From the NCBI GenBank assembly GCA_050253415.1, contig JBFWJC010000001.1, positions 544,001 to 608,000 of the forward strand: DNA of 64,000 bases, given 5' to 3'. Below the pieces are notes generated by a model, which saw nothing but the letters and a program-made list of their open reading frames with translations, was not told where the DNA came from and did not search any database. Position 1 is the first letter of the stretch, and every line of letters starts with the position of its first letter. The position numbers and the translations under genes are program-made. This DNA is from Pedobacter sp. (GTDB taxonomy: Bacteria; Desulfobacterota; Desulfuromonadia; Desulfuromonadales; Syntrophotaleaceae). Shown here piece after piece: positions 48,581-59,421 of this stretch.

Positions 48581-48750
48581 GGGATAATCCGAACTTAGGA
48601 TGTTTTTTTTAGGCAAGAAGGTTGATTTAGCCGTTTCAAAATTCTACTATAGTCCGTTAATCATGCTGAATGGTCTTAACAGGCCTGCTTTTTTCCGGTG
48701 CTCATATCCTCTTTCAGTTAAAAACTATCTACAGACGACGAGTCGTATCA

Positions 48751-50556
48751 ATGTCATACATCATGCTTAATTCCGAAGCTATTGCCTGGGTCAGATCCCG
48801 TTTTCCGTCAGTTTTAAATCGTTTAGGGGTCAGCGAACAGACCTTTATGGCGCTTCTTGCGCTAGGGGTCGGCGTGATGGCAGGGTTGGGTAATTTCGTT
48901 TTTCGAAAGACCATCGATCTGATCCACTGGCTTGTGATCGAGCAGGGTGTGCAATTTTTCAATATATCTTTTGAGCACTGGAGTGCCGCACGCTTATGGT
49001 CGGTGCTATTTCCGGTCAGTGCCGGCCTCTTGATGCTGCCGTTTGGTATTTTCTTTGCCAAGGATCTGCGTTTCGGGTTTGCACATTTTCTTGAGCGGGT
49101 CAACCTGCGTGGGGCCAAGATCCCCGGACGTACCATCGTGACCCGCGGATTGGCCAGTGCCATTACCTTGGGGGCGGGCGGCTCCGCCGGACAGGAGGGA
49201 CCGATCGCACAGATCGGCGGTGCTATCGGCAGTCAGGTCGGTCAGGTTTTCAAGGTCAGTGGCAATCGTCTGAAACTGCTGGTGGCCTGCGGGGTTGCCG
49301 GAGGGATTGCCGCAACCTTTAATGCTCCTATCGCCGGTGTGTTTTTTGCTCACGAAATCGTATTGCTGTCGTCGTTCGAGATCACCAGTTTTACCTCGAT
49401 CGTCATCTCCAGCGGTATTGCCACTGTCGTTTCCCGTGCTCTGCTGGGTAATCTTCCGGCCTTGCGGGCGCCGGTCTACATGCTCGCCAACCCCTGGGAG
49501 CTGGCCTGTTACCTGGTTCTCGGAATGCTGGTGGGAGTGCTGGCGGTATTTTTCATTACCATGCATTACCGTATTGTCGATCGGTTTGCCGCCCTGAAAA
49601 TGCCTCGTCTGGTCAAGCCCATATTGGGCGGTGCGCTGGTTGGCATTATCGGTATCGTCTTTCCGCAAGTGTTTGGCAACGGTTACGAGTTTATCGAGAA
49701 TGTGCTGTTGGGGAATGGCGTGTTGTGGTTGTTGGCCGGCTTGGTAGTAATCAAAGCGGTGGCAACGTCCCTTACCCTGGGATCCGGCCTGCCCGGCGGC
49801 CTGTTTGCGCCCTCCCTGTTTATTGGTGCGGTTACCGGAGGCGCCTACGGCAAGGCGTTGCAGGTGCTTTTCCCCGGGACGGTTCCGGCTACCGGACCCT
49901 ACGCGCTGGTCGGTATGGGGGCGTTTCTGGCTGCAGCCACCCATGCGCCGATGACCGCGATTTTCCTGTTGTTCGAGATGACCGGCTCCTACGACCTGAT
50001 CATCCCCATCATGCTGTGTTGCGTGGTCGGCACTGCCATCAGTCGTCACCTCAAGAAAGACAGCATCGATACCGTTGAGTTGTCGCGGGCCGGCATCAAT
50101 CTGGAAGCCGGCAAAGAACGCAATATCATGATGTCTCTGCGGGTCGGTGACGTCATGACCCGCGATCCCGAATCGATCCCGGAGAATATGACTCTGCGGC
50201 AGTTCAACCACTTTATCGCCAGTACCAAGCATACCAACTTCCCACTGATTAATCGCAAGGGCGAACTGACCGGGATTATCTCCGTACAGGATTTCATGGG
50301 GGTGGTGTTTGAGGGGGACCTGCTCGACCTGGTGGTGGTCAAGGAACTGGCGACGGTGGATGTCATCACTGTCAGTACCGAGGATAATCTTGATCGCGCC
50401 ATGCGCAAAATCGGCTATCGCAATATCGAACAACTGCCGGTAGTGGATGAGCAAAACGGCCGCAAGCTGATCGGCATCGTCAGTCGGCGCGACATGGTGT
50501 CGGCCTATAATCGAGCCCTGATGGCGCGCTCCATGGGGGATGAAGACGATGAGTGA
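48751..50556 (+). CDS. ClC chloride channel/transporter family protein with CBS pair
   Basis: GSAGQEGP, FNAPIAG, GGLFAP, HAPMTA...FEMT; two CBS domains. Confidence 0.93.
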   Translation: MSYIMLNSEAIAWVRSRFPSVLNRLGVSEQTFMALLALGVGVMAGLGNFVFRKTIDLIHWLVIEQGVQFFNISFEHWSAARLWSVLFPVSAGLLMLPFGIFFAKDLRFGFAHFLERVNLRGAKIPGRTIVTRGLASAITLGAGGSAGQEGPIAQIGGAIGSQVGQVFKVSGNRLKLLVACGVAGGIAATFNAPIAGVFFAHEIVLLSSFEITSFTSIVISSGIATVVSRALLGNLPALRAPVYMLANPWELACYLVLGMLVGVLAVFFITMHYRIVDRFAALKMPRLVKPILGGALVGIIGIVFPQVFGNGYEFIENVLLGNGVLWLLAGLVVIKAVATSLTLGSGLPGGLFAPSLFIGAVTGGAYGKALQVLFPGTVPATGPYALVGMGAFLAAATHAPMTAIFLLFEMTGSYDLIIPIMLCCVVGTAISRHLKKDSIDTVELSRAGINLEAGKERNIMMSLRVGDVMTRDPESIPENMTLRQFNHFIASTKHTNFPLINRKGELTGIISVQDFMGVVFEGDLLDLVVVKELATVDVITVSTEDNLDRAMRKIGYRNIEQLPVVDEQNGRKLIGIVSRRDMVSAYNRALMARSMGDEDDE

Positions 50557-52762
50557 TTTGCTGACATCTCTCAATGCCTGCCAGCGCCAGGCGGTCCTGC
50601 ATGAAGACGGGCCGCTGTTGATACTGGCCGGCGCCGGTTCGGGCAAGACCCGTACCTTGACCCACCGTATCGCCTATCTTATTCAGCAACAGCGGGTCGA
50701 GCCCTGGCAGGTTCTGGCCGTGACCTTTACCAACAAGGCCGCGGCCGAAATGCGCGAGCGTCTGCAGCGCCTGGTCGGCAATATCGACGGTTTGTGGATC
50801 AGTACTTTTCATGCGGCCTGCGCACGGATCCTGCGCCGGGACGGTGAGGTGCTCGGCTATGGCCGCGATTTTACCATCTACGATGATCAGGATCAGCAAC
50901 GCCTTTTGAGGGATTGTCTGGCCCAGCTGAACATCGCTGAGAAAGATCTTAAGCCGCGTGCCGTGGCTACCGCCATCGATCAGGCCAAAAACCGCGGGTT
51001 GCTGCCCGATCAGTTTATCCCCGGGGATCAACGCGGCGATCAGGTGGCCAGGGTCTACGAGCGCTATCAGAAGCGCCTGCAGCAGGCCAACGCTATGGAC
51101 TTCGGTGATCTGTTGCTGCAGACGGTGCGCCTGTTCCGGGAACATCCCCAGGTTCGCGACGCTTACTGCCACCGTTTTGCGCATCTGCTGGTTGACGAAT
51201 TCCAGGACACCAACCAGGTACAGTACGACATGGTCAAGGCGCTGGCTGGCGATGGCCGGCATCTGTGCGTGGTGGGTGACGACGATCAGTCGATCTATGC
51301 CTGGCGCGGCGCCGAAATCGGGAATATCCTGAACTTTGAGCGCGATTTTCCCGGCGCCAGCGTCATTCGGCTGGAACAGCATTACCGTTCTTCCTCCACT
51401 ATCCTCGAAGCGGCCGGACAGGTTGTGGCCTGCAATGTCGGACGCAAGGGGAAAACCCTGTGGACCGATAACCCCACCGGCGAGCCCCTCACTCTGGAAG
51501 ATTTGCCCGACGACCTGGAAGAAGCCCGTTTTGTTGCCGGCGAAATTTCCCGTTTGCGTCAGGCGGGTCGTCATCTGCGCGATGTGGCGGTATTTTATCG
51601 CACCAACGCCCAGTCCCGGGTGCTGGAAGAGACCCTGGTGCGCGGGGGCCTGCCATATGTGATGGTCGGCGGGGTGAAGTTCTATGCCCGTATGGAAGTC
51701 AAGGATGTGCTGGCCTATCTGCGGGCTCTGGCCAATCCGGCCGATTCCCTGTCGGCCAAACGCATTATCAATGTACCGACCCGCGGTATCGGTGCCGTAA
51801 CGACCGGACGCATTGCCGAGTATGAAGAGGAGGCCGGCGGCTTTTTAGCAGCCTGCCGCATGTGTCTGCAGCGTGGCGCCCTCAAGGGGGCTGCAGCCCG
51901 CAAGGTCGCGGACTTCAGTCAGTTCATGGAACGCTTTGCGAAACGCATGGAAGAAGTGCCGTTTTCGCAGCTTACGGCCGAATTGCTGGAGGAAAGCGGG
52001 TATGCACCGGGCTTGCGCGAGGAAGCCCAGTCGGCCATGACCGAGGGCGAAAGACAAGAAGCCAAAGGGCGGCTGGAAAACCTTGAACAGCTGCTGGCCA
52101 GTATGGAAGAGCATCAGGCGACGGAGAGTTCCCTGCAGGAGTATCTCGAGCAGGTGGCGCTGGTAACCGATCTCGATTCCTACGACACCAGTCTCGACCG
52201 GGTCACCCTGATGACCTTGCACGCCGCCAAAGGGCTCGAATTCCCGGTGGTGTTCATGACCGGTATGGAGGAAGGCATCTTCCCTCATGGACGCTCCGCC
52301 GGCGAACGCGATGATGTCGAGGAAGAACGCCGTCTCTGCTATGTCGGCATGACGCGGGCCATGCAGAAACTCTATCTCACCCATGCCCGCCGCCGCCGCA
52401 TTTATGGCGATTACCAGTACAATCCACCCAGCCGTTTTCTGGCCGAAATTCCCGCGCATCTGCTGGGCCGAGAGGTGAAGCCAGTCCTGCAGAAGCCTGC
52501 AGTGCACAATCTTGCTTCAATTTTTGAACAGCTTGAACCGGCCCCCCTGGATGATGGGGAGGATTTTTTCGAGGATGTGCAGGTGGTCCCCGAGGCCGAA
52601 GAAGGGCTGAGGGTTGGACTGCATGTGCGTCATGTCAAGTTCGGCGTCGGCATTGTGCGCCGCCTTGAAGGTAGCGGAGACCAGCAGAAGGTCGTGGTGC
52701 AATTTCCCTCCGTCGGTCTGAAGAAGTTGCTGGTTAAGTTCGCCGGGCTTGAGCCCGCCTGA
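50549..52762 (+). CDS. pcrA: UvrD/PcrA ATP-dependent DNA helicase
   Basis: AGAGSGKT, TFTNKAA, DEFQD, VGDDDQSIY, YRTNAQSR, TLHAAKGLEF, EERRLCYVGMTRA; C-terminal Tudor-like HVKFGVG. Confidence 0.95.
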   Translation: MSDLLTSLNACQRQAVLHEDGPLLILAGAGSGKTRTLTHRIAYLIQQQRVEPWQVLAVTFTNKAAAEMRERLQRLVGNIDGLWISTFHAACARILRRDGEVLGYGRDFTIYDDQDQQRLLRDCLAQLNIAEKDLKPRAVATAIDQAKNRGLLPDQFIPGDQRGDQVARVYERYQKRLQQANAMDFGDLLLQTVRLFREHPQVRDAYCHRFAHLLVDEFQDTNQVQYDMVKALAGDGRHLCVVGDDDQSIYAWRGAEIGNILNFERDFPGASVIRLEQHYRSSSTILEAAGQVVACNVGRKGKTLWTDNPTGEPLTLEDLPDDLEEARFVAGEISRLRQAGRHLRDVAVFYRTNAQSRVLEETLVRGGLPYVMVGGVKFYARMEVKDVLAYLRALANPADSLSAKRIINVPTRGIGAVTTGRIAEYEEEAGGFLAACRMCLQRGALKGAAARKVADFSQFMERFAKRMEEVPFSQLTAELLEESGYAPGLREEAQSAMTEGERQEAKGRLENLEQLLASMEEHQATESSLQEYLEQVALVTDLDSYDTSLDRVTLMTLHAAKGLEFPVVFMTGMEEGIFPHGRSAGERDDVEEERRLCYVGMTRAMQKLYLTHARRRRIYGDYQYNPPSRFLAEIPAHLLGREVKPVLQKPAVHNLASIFEQLEPAPLDDGEDFFEDVQVVPEAEEGLRVGLHVRHVKFGVGIVRRLEGSGDQQKVVVQFPSVGLKKLLVKFAGLEPA

Positions 52763-52996
52763 TCCCGAGATCGCCAATTCTTATCTTCTCCTCCCCGGAG
52801 TTCCGATTTTTCAGTCCTTTAGGCTTGCCTTAATTCCTTACCAAATTGGTTTATTTTTGTAATGAAAACTTTTAAGTTATTTGATACTATGCGAAACTTG
52901 GTTACTCATTTGAAAGAATTTAATATTTAGCTGTTTATTGTTTGCCATAAATTTTTTCGGGTACTTACCCGATATTGTCATAAAGGGGGTGTCGCT

Positions 52997-55474
52997 GTGT
53001 GGCAATTATGTGGCTGGATTGGAGACGTTGTCCAAAGACTTCGGGGTACATGGAGGGGGCGGTTTTTAATAAATACCGCGGCATGGCAACTCTTTTTGTT
53101 TTCCCTGGGTTTGATTGTCTCTACTTCGGCATGGTCACAAGTCCCGGTCGGTTCTCATAAACAGGCCGTCGAGCTGGCACGTCAGGGGGATTATGCCGAA
53201 TCCCTGGCGTTGTTCGACGAGCTTTTCCAAAGGGAGCCGGAAAACCTTCCCATCCTTTATGATTACCTGGTTACCCAATCATGGGCCGGCAACGATGCCC
53301 AGGTGGCTGCTTTGTTCAAGCGTGTGGCGCCGGAGCAGGCCCCGCGCTATGTACTGGAAGCCGCCGCCAAATCCCTGCGCAATCTGAAATCTTTTGATCA
53401 GGCCGAAGCCGTTTACCGCATCGGGATCCAACGCTTTAACGCCTATCCTTCACTGCGCCTGGGCCTGCTCTATACCCTTGTGGATGCAGGCCAGCATCAA
53501 GCGGCTGCGATCTTTTCCGAAGAACTCGAAGCACTCTATCCCGGAAATATCGAGGTGCAGTTTGCTATTGCCTATGCGGCGGAAGGGCGCCGGGATTATG
53601 TGGCGGCTCTGCAACATTATCAGCGCATTTTACAGTGGCAGCCCGAGCTGAAGCGGGCCCGGCATATGGAGATTCTAACCCTGGCGGCTATCGGGGAGCC
53701 CTTTCTGGCGGAGGAACGTGCAGTCCGATACCCCGGTTTGCTGACTGCCGACGAATTGCATCGCCTGAAAGCTGCACAGGCCGCGCTGGTGGTGCGTTGG
53801 GGCAGCCACGGCAGTGATACGCCGGAGCTGCGCTTTGCCGAAACCGACCGTGCGTTGGGTATGCTGGAGAACAATCTGCAAGCGGCACTGGCCGATCAAC
53901 CGCCCGCTGAAAAGTATGCGCTGCAGGCCCGCATCGACCGCCTGGTGGCGCTGCGCGACCGGGTATGGATGGCGCAGGCGGTGGACGAGTATGAGGCTTT
54001 GCGGTCCGAACAGGTTTCCCTGCCAGGGTATGCCCTGCAGGCTGTCGCCGACGCCTTTCTTTATCTGGAGCAGCCACGCCAGGCCGGTGAACTTTATCAG
54101 CAAGTGCTGCAGCGCGACCCGCAAAACTACGAAGCATCCCAGGGGCTGTTTTTCGCCTATGTGGAGCAGGAAGATTTTGAGCGTGCACTTGCTCTGGCGG
54201 AAACTCTGTGCGCGGGCCAGGCGAAGGCTCCGCATGGCGGCGACGATCCATCCCGGCTTGATACGGAATTGCTGGCGACTATGGGCCAGTGGTTTGCCGG
54301 GGACCTGGACGGGGCGCAATCGCGTCTGACGCCGATGTATAATCGGGCGCCGGCCAACATCGATATTATTGGTGAATTGGGAGGCCTGTACGGCGCGCGC
54401 GGTTGGCCGCGCCGGGCCGAAGAGACCCTCGGGTTGGGGCTGGCCCTCGATCCTGCATACCTTTCATTGCGCACCGGTTGGGCGGAAAATCGGCTTGATC
54501 TGGCTGAGTTCAGTCAGGCGGAACAACTCATCGGCACACTCGGGGAAGAATATCCGGAACATAAGAGCGTACAGCGCCTGCAGCGTTTATGGCAAGCCCA
54601 CAACATGAGGGAATTGCAAGTCTCGGTGGCCAGCGGCTGGAGCAGCGGTTCGACCTTCGGCAGCCACGATCTGTCGCTGGCCGCTACCCTGTTTTCCACC
54701 CCTGTGGGTTACCGCTATCGCGGGTTTGTCAGTACCTATCTGGATCAGGCAACCTTCCCGGAGGGGGATAAAACCCTGCAGCGTTACGGTGCCGGTATCG
54801 AATACCGTCATCGCAACCTCTATGGTACGGCCGAGTTGACCTGGAACGCATCCGGCGGCGAAAAAATCGGTACTCGTTTGGCCGCCACCTGGTTTCCGGA
54901 CGATGTGTGGTCACTGCCCTTCGAGCTTGAAGTGTTCAGTCGTGACACCCCGCTGCGGGCCTTGAAGCATGGCATCCACGCAGATGCTGCGGGTGTGGGG
55001 GTGGCGTATCGCCGGGATGAACTGCAGCGCTGGTATACGAATGTGCAGTTCATGGATTTCAGTGACGACAATTTTCGTTACAGTGTGTTGGCCGGAGTGG
55101 AGCAGGGCTTGATCGTGTGGCCTCACTACCGTCTGAACGGGCGTCTCGATTTGTACACTTCGGGCAACAGCATCACCGGCACCCCCTATTTCAATCCGCG
55201 CCAGGATGCCGACCTCACCCTAACCCTGGAAAACGACTGGCTGCTCTATCGCCACTACCGTTTTTCCTTCCGCAATCGACTGGCGGTAAGTGTCGGTGGT
55301 TACTGGCAGCAGGATTTCGGTACGGATCCGACGGCGGCTGTGCGCTACGAGCACGTCTGGGAGTATTCACCGCGTTTCTTTTTATTGTACGGCGTCAGTT
55401 TTGCGCGGCGCACCTATGACGGTGACGGCGAAAACCAGCTGGGCTGTCACCTTGAACTGAACTGGAGGTTTTAG
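52997..55474 (+). CDS. pgaA: PNAG export porin PgaA
   Basis: TPR region, DRLVAL, RGWPRRA, TPLRA, YFNP..D, YDG..E, terminal NWRF. Confidence 0.93.
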   Translation: MWQLCGWIGDVVQRLRGTWRGRFLINTAAWQLFLFSLGLIVSTSAWSQVPVGSHKQAVELARQGDYAESLALFDELFQREPENLPILYDYLVTQSWAGNDAQVAALFKRVAPEQAPRYVLEAAAKSLRNLKSFDQAEAVYRIGIQRFNAYPSLRLGLLYTLVDAGQHQAAAIFSEELEALYPGNIEVQFAIAYAAEGRRDYVAALQHYQRILQWQPELKRARHMEILTLAAIGEPFLAEERAVRYPGLLTADELHRLKAAQAALVVRWGSHGSDTPELRFAETDRALGMLENNLQAALADQPPAEKYALQARIDRLVALRDRVWMAQAVDEYEALRSEQVSLPGYALQAVADAFLYLEQPRQAGELYQQVLQRDPQNYEASQGLFFAYVEQEDFERALALAETLCAGQAKAPHGGDDPSRLDTELLATMGQWFAGDLDGAQSRLTPMYNRAPANIDIIGELGGLYGARGWPRRAEETLGLGLALDPAYLSLRTGWAENRLDLAEFSQAEQLIGTLGEEYPEHKSVQRLQRLWQAHNMRELQVSVASGWSSGSTFGSHDLSLAATLFSTPVGYRYRGFVSTYLDQATFPEGDKTLQRYGAGIEYRHRNLYGTAELTWNASGGEKIGTRLAATWFPDDVWSLPFELEVFSRDTPLRALKHGIHADAAGVGVAYRRDELQRWYTNVQFMDFSDDNFRYSVLAGVEQGLIVWPHYRLNGRLDLYTSGNSITGTPYFNPRQDADLTLTLENDWLLYRHYRFSFRNRLAVSVGGYWQQDFGTDPTAAVRYEHVWEYSPRFFLLYGVSFARRTYDGDGENQLGCHLELNWRF

Positions 55475-55476
55475 CC

Positions 55477-57405
55477 ATGCGGATCTTGGGGTTATTGCTG
55501 CTGGTTATGGTATGCATGCCTTCCATGGTGCGGGCCGATGCCTTTGTCAGCTTGTGTTTTCACGATGTGCGAACGGATGTGGGTCGCGGTGATGATCTGT
55601 CCATGGCGACAGATCGTTTTGTCGCTTTGTTGAGCTGGCTGCGCCAGCATGATTATAAGCCGGTGAGTATCGATGATCTGCTCCAGGCCCGTGAGGGGAA
55701 AAAGTCGTTGCCGGACAAGGCGGTGCTTTTAACCTTCGATGATGGCTATCGTGGTTTTTACACCCAGGTTTATCCGTTGCTCAAGGCCCATGGCTATCCG
55801 GCCGTCCTGGCGGTGGTCGGCAGCTGGCTGGATGCGGCGCCTGGCGAATCCGTCGATTACGGGGGAAAGTCTGTTCCCAGGGAAAAGTTTTTATCCTGGC
55901 AACAGTTGCGGGAAATGGCCGATTCCGGTCTGGTGGAGATCGCTTCGCACAGTTACAACGGCCATCGTGGCGTATTGGCCAATCCGCAGGGCAATACCCA
56001 GCCGGCTCTTACTGCCAGGGTCTACGCACCCGATGCGCAGAGTTACGAGGATGATGCCGCATACGTGCAGCGGGTGCGTGAGGATCTGGAAACAAATGCC
56101 CGACTGCTGGAAAAAAGATTGGGACGTCGCCCCCGTGTCATGGTCTGGCCGTTTGGCAAGTTTTCCCTGCCGGGAATCGATGCAGCCGGCCAGACAGGCA
56201 TGGTGGTGGACATGGGGCTCGGGGATGGGCCCGGCGATACCGGGCGCCTGGCCGGTGTAAACCGCCTGCTGGTGGAGGGGAGCCTGAAACTGACGGCCCT
56301 GACCTGGCGGATTCAGCACCTGCTGGCTCGAGACCCGCAGCGCGTGGTGCAGGTCGATCTCGATTACGTTTACGACCCCGACCCGCAGCAGACCGATCGC
56401 AACCTGGGCAAACTGATCGAGCGCATCAAGGCCATGCAGATCAGCACGGTTTATTTGCAGGCGTTTGCCGATCCGGACGGAGATGGTATCGCCGATGCTC
56501 TTTATTTCCCTAACAGGACGTTGCCTGTCCGGGCCGACCTGTTCAACCGCGCCGCCTGGCAGCTTAAGACCCGCGCAGGCGTAAGAGTCTATGCCTGGTT
56601 GCCGGTGCTCGGTTATGCCACGGCGAAACAGGATTTGCTGGTACAGAGCTGGCACCCTGAAAACAACACCGTGGCTGTTGATGCCAAGGCCTATAAGCGG
56701 CTCAGTCCGTTTGTGCCGGAAGTCCGGGAAATGGCCAAGGGGATTTACGCTGATCTGGCCCGCCATGCCGATTTTGACGGATTGCTGTTTCATGATGATG
56801 CTTTGTTGTCGGAGTTCGAGGATGCCAACCCGGCTGCCATGGCCTGGCGAAAGGCTCACGGGCTCTCCTCTGACCCTGCAGATCTTTGGAACGACGATGA
56901 TGAGGTGCGGCGTTGGACGCACCTGAAGACCGAATATCTGGTCGATTTTACCCGGGACCTGGCCGATGCGGTGCGGGTATACCGCCCCGAAATCAAAACC
57001 GCCCGCAACCTGTATGCGCGAGCGGTGCTTGATCTGGAGGGCGAAATGCGGTTCAGCCAGAATCTCGAATCGTTTTTGAAGAATTACGATTACACGGCGT
57101 TGATGGCCATGCCGTACCTCGAAGAAGCAGCGGATGCCGAAGCCTGGTTGGAGGGGTTGGTGACTGCAGTCAAGGGGGTGCCGGGCGGCTTGAAAAAAAC
57201 CGTTTTTGAATTACAAAGCGTTGACTGGCGTGGAGATAAAAATCTTGTGTCCACGAAGGCTCTTTCCCATCAGATGCGTCTTTTGCAGGGAAGGGGGGCG
57301 GTTAATTTCGGCTATTACCCGGATGATTTTTTAAACGACCATCCCGCAGAAAAGCCATTACATCCTGCCATGTCTCTCAACTCCGAGCCGTTTGGGGAGC
57401 AATAA
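55477..57405 (+). CDS. pgaB: PNAG N-deacetylase PgaB
   Basis: LCFHDV, LLTFDDGY, ASHS..GH, VDLDYVYD, YLQAFADP, FHDDA, MAMPY, FGYYPD. Confidence 0.95.
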   Translation: MRILGLLLLVMVCMPSMVRADAFVSLCFHDVRTDVGRGDDLSMATDRFVALLSWLRQHDYKPVSIDDLLQAREGKKSLPDKAVLLTFDDGYRGFYTQVYPLLKAHGYPAVLAVVGSWLDAAPGESVDYGGKSVPREKFLSWQQLREMADSGLVEIASHSYNGHRGVLANPQGNTQPALTARVYAPDAQSYEDDAAYVQRVREDLETNARLLEKRLGRRPRVMVWPFGKFSLPGIDAAGQTGMVVDMGLGDGPGDTGRLAGVNRLLVEGSLKLTALTWRIQHLLARDPQRVVQVDLDYVYDPDPQQTDRNLGKLIERIKAMQISTVYLQAFADPDGDGIADALYFPNRTLPVRADLFNRAAWQLKTRAGVRVYAWLPVLGYATAKQDLLVQSWHPENNTVAVDAKAYKRLSPFVPEVREMAKGIYADLARHADFDGLLFHDDALLSEFEDANPAAMAWRKAHGLSSDPADLWNDDDEVRRWTHLKTEYLVDFTRDLADAVRVYRPEIKTARNLYARAVLDLEGEMRFSQNLESFLKNYDYTALMAMPYLEEAADAEAWLEGLVTAVKGVPGGLKKTVFELQSVDWRGDKNLVSTKALSHQMRLLQGRGAVNFGYYPDDFLNDHPAEKPLHPAMSLNSEPFGEQ

Positions 57406-57407
57406 AT

Positions 57408-58664
57408 ATGGAAATGATAGCCCTCGGCCTGCGTGTGCTGCTCGATTTTGTGTTTTATTATCCCCTGTTCATGGCTTATCTCTGGATGGTCGGCGGCCTT
57501 GACTATTATTTGCGCCGGGAGTACCGCAAACCGCTGCCTGATGTCCCGCCGCCGCTGCCGTCCTACCCGAAAGTATCGATCATCGTTCCCTGTCACAACG
57601 AAGCGGCACACCTGCACGATACTATCGGCTACCTGTTTCAGCAGAAGTATCCGGATTTTGAAATTATTGCCGTCAATGACGGCAGCAGTGACGCAACCGG
57701 CGAGATGCTCAATGCCATGGCGCAGCAGAATCCCCTGCTTAGAGTGGTGCATTTTGCCTCCAACCAGGGGAAAGCTATGGGGTTGCGCATGGCTGCATTG
57801 GTGGCTCGGGGAGAGTTTTTGGTCTGTATTGATGGCGATGCCCTGCTCGATCCCTATGCCACTCACTGGATGGTACGTCATTTTCTTACAGGGCCGCGCG
57901 TTGGTGCGGTAACCGGCAATCCGCGCATTCGCACCCGCTCAACCTTGCTTGGCAAAATCCAGGTTGGAGAATTTTCCGCCATACTGGGGCTCATCAAGCG
58001 GGCACAGCGTGTCTATGGTCGGGTTTTTACCATGTCCGGCGTGGTTTCCGCGTTCCGCAAATCAGCCTTGCATCATGTCGGTTATTGGAGTGTCGATATG
58101 ATCACCGAGGATATCGATATCAGTTGGCGACTGCAGTTGAGCCACTGGGATATCCGCTTTGAACCCAATGCCCTGTGTTGGATATTGATGCCGGAAACCC
58201 TCAAAGGGCTATGGAATCAGCGTCTGCGCTGGGCTCAGGGAGGCAGCGAGGTATTGCTGCGCTATCTGCGTCACATGTTTAGCTGGCGCGCGCGCCGCAT
58301 GTGGGGTGTTTATTTCGAATATTTCACCAGCATCGTCTGGTCGTACACCATGCTGCTGGTTTTTCTTGCGTGGATATGGGGATTGTTTTTACCGTTGCCG
58401 ATGAACTTGCAACTCCCCACGCTGATTCCCGCCTGGGCCGGGGTGGTGCTGAGTTTGACCTGCCTGTTGCAGTTTGCCGTGGCGATGCTGCTCGATTCGC
58501 GCTACGAGCGGGGGCTGGGCCGTTGCTACTATGTGATGATCTGGTACCCGCTGGCATTTTGGATGATCAATCTGCTGACCATCGTCGTGGGCTTTCCCAG
58601 GGCACTGCTTAAAAAACGCGGCGAGCGTGCGGTCTGGGTATCTACCGATCGCGGTATTTATTAG
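57408..58664 (+). CDS. pgaC: PNAG synthase PgaC (GT2)
   Basis: VNDGSSD, NQGKA, IDGDA, TEDIDISW, QRLRWAQGG. Confidence 0.96.
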   Translation: MEMIALGLRVLLDFVFYYPLFMAYLWMVGGLDYYLRREYRKPLPDVPPPLPSYPKVSIIVPCHNEAAHLHDTIGYLFQQKYPDFEIIAVNDGSSDATGEMLNAMAQQNPLLRVVHFASNQGKAMGLRMAALVARGEFLVCIDGDALLDPYATHWMVRHFLTGPRVGAVTGNPRIRTRSTLLGKIQVGEFSAILGLIKRAQRVYGRVFTMSGVVSAFRKSALHHVGYWSVDMITEDIDISWRLQLSHWDIRFEPNALCWILMPETLKGLWNQRLRWAQGGSEVLLRYLRHMFSWRARRMWGVYFEYFTSIVWSYTMLLVFLAWIWGLFLPLPMNLQLPTLIPAWAGVVLSLTCLLQFAVAMLLDSRYERGLGRCYYVMIWYPLAFWMINLLTIVVGFPRALLKKRGERAVWVSTDRGIY

Positions 58665-58672
58665 GAGGCACG

Positions 58673-59236
58673 ATGAAGGACGATCTCATCATAAACAAAC
58701 CGGAAGCTCAACAACGCAGTCAGCGTATCGCGCAAGGTCTATTGACGGTTGGTTTCTGGTTTTTGTTTTTAAGTTTGCTGCGTCCCCTTCTGGCACTGGT
58801 TGGCTGGTTGATAGGGATACACCTGTTTACCCACGAGATGATCGAAAATGGCGGAGGGCGGATTCTTATAGAGACGCTATATGATTATGGACTGGTTGTG
58901 CTGGTGCTGGGGATAGTGCTGCGTAGCTGGGCCTGGTACAATCACCGGCGTTTTGCAGGTCGGGATCAGCGCCGCAAAACCATGCCGCCGATCCCGATAG
59001 AGCTAATTGCCCGATATCATCAGGTCGACCCCAGCGCTTTATCGCTATGGCAAAAGGATCGCTGCTTGTACGTGCGTCACAATGCTCAGGGGAAGGTGCT
59101 GGAGGTTCAATCATCCGAACCGCCTCCATGGGGTGTTGAAGCCAGCAGCGTGACCGTGACGCAGCATCCTCTCTTTTGTACGTATGGGGACTCTGCGGCA
59201 GAATCGACGGTTGTGCCACCGCCCCCCGCTCTATAG
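58673..59236 (+). CDS. pgaD: PNAG biosynthesis protein PgaD
   Basis: Two TM segments, WAWYNHRRF.GRDQRR; follows pgaC. Confidence 0.88.
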   Translation: MKDDLIINKPEAQQRSQRIAQGLLTVGFWFLFLSLLRPLLALVGWLIGIHLFTHEMIENGGGRILIETLYDYGLVVLVLGIVLRSWAWYNHRRFAGRDQRRKTMPPIPIELIARYHQVDPSALSLWQKDRCLYVRHNAQGKVLEVQSSEPPPWGVEASSVTVTQHPLFCTYGDSAAESTVVPPPPAL

Positions 59237-59421
59237 GCGTTAGAAACGTTATATCTTTTTTATTGTCTGAATGGAGCCTGAGGCCGGGAGATGGCGAGAT
59301 GACTATTCCGGGGGTGTGAGGTATTTATCTGACTCTCTGGTAAAATAGCTTCTGTCCCCTGGCTTTTGTTTTTCGGTAACAGCGAAAAGCCAATCCAACG
59401 GCGCTTGCAAAGGAGATAACG

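Noticed and set aside
49006..51574. 546-aa and 364-aa minus-strand ORFs
   Set aside because: Antisense shadows of ClC and pcrA
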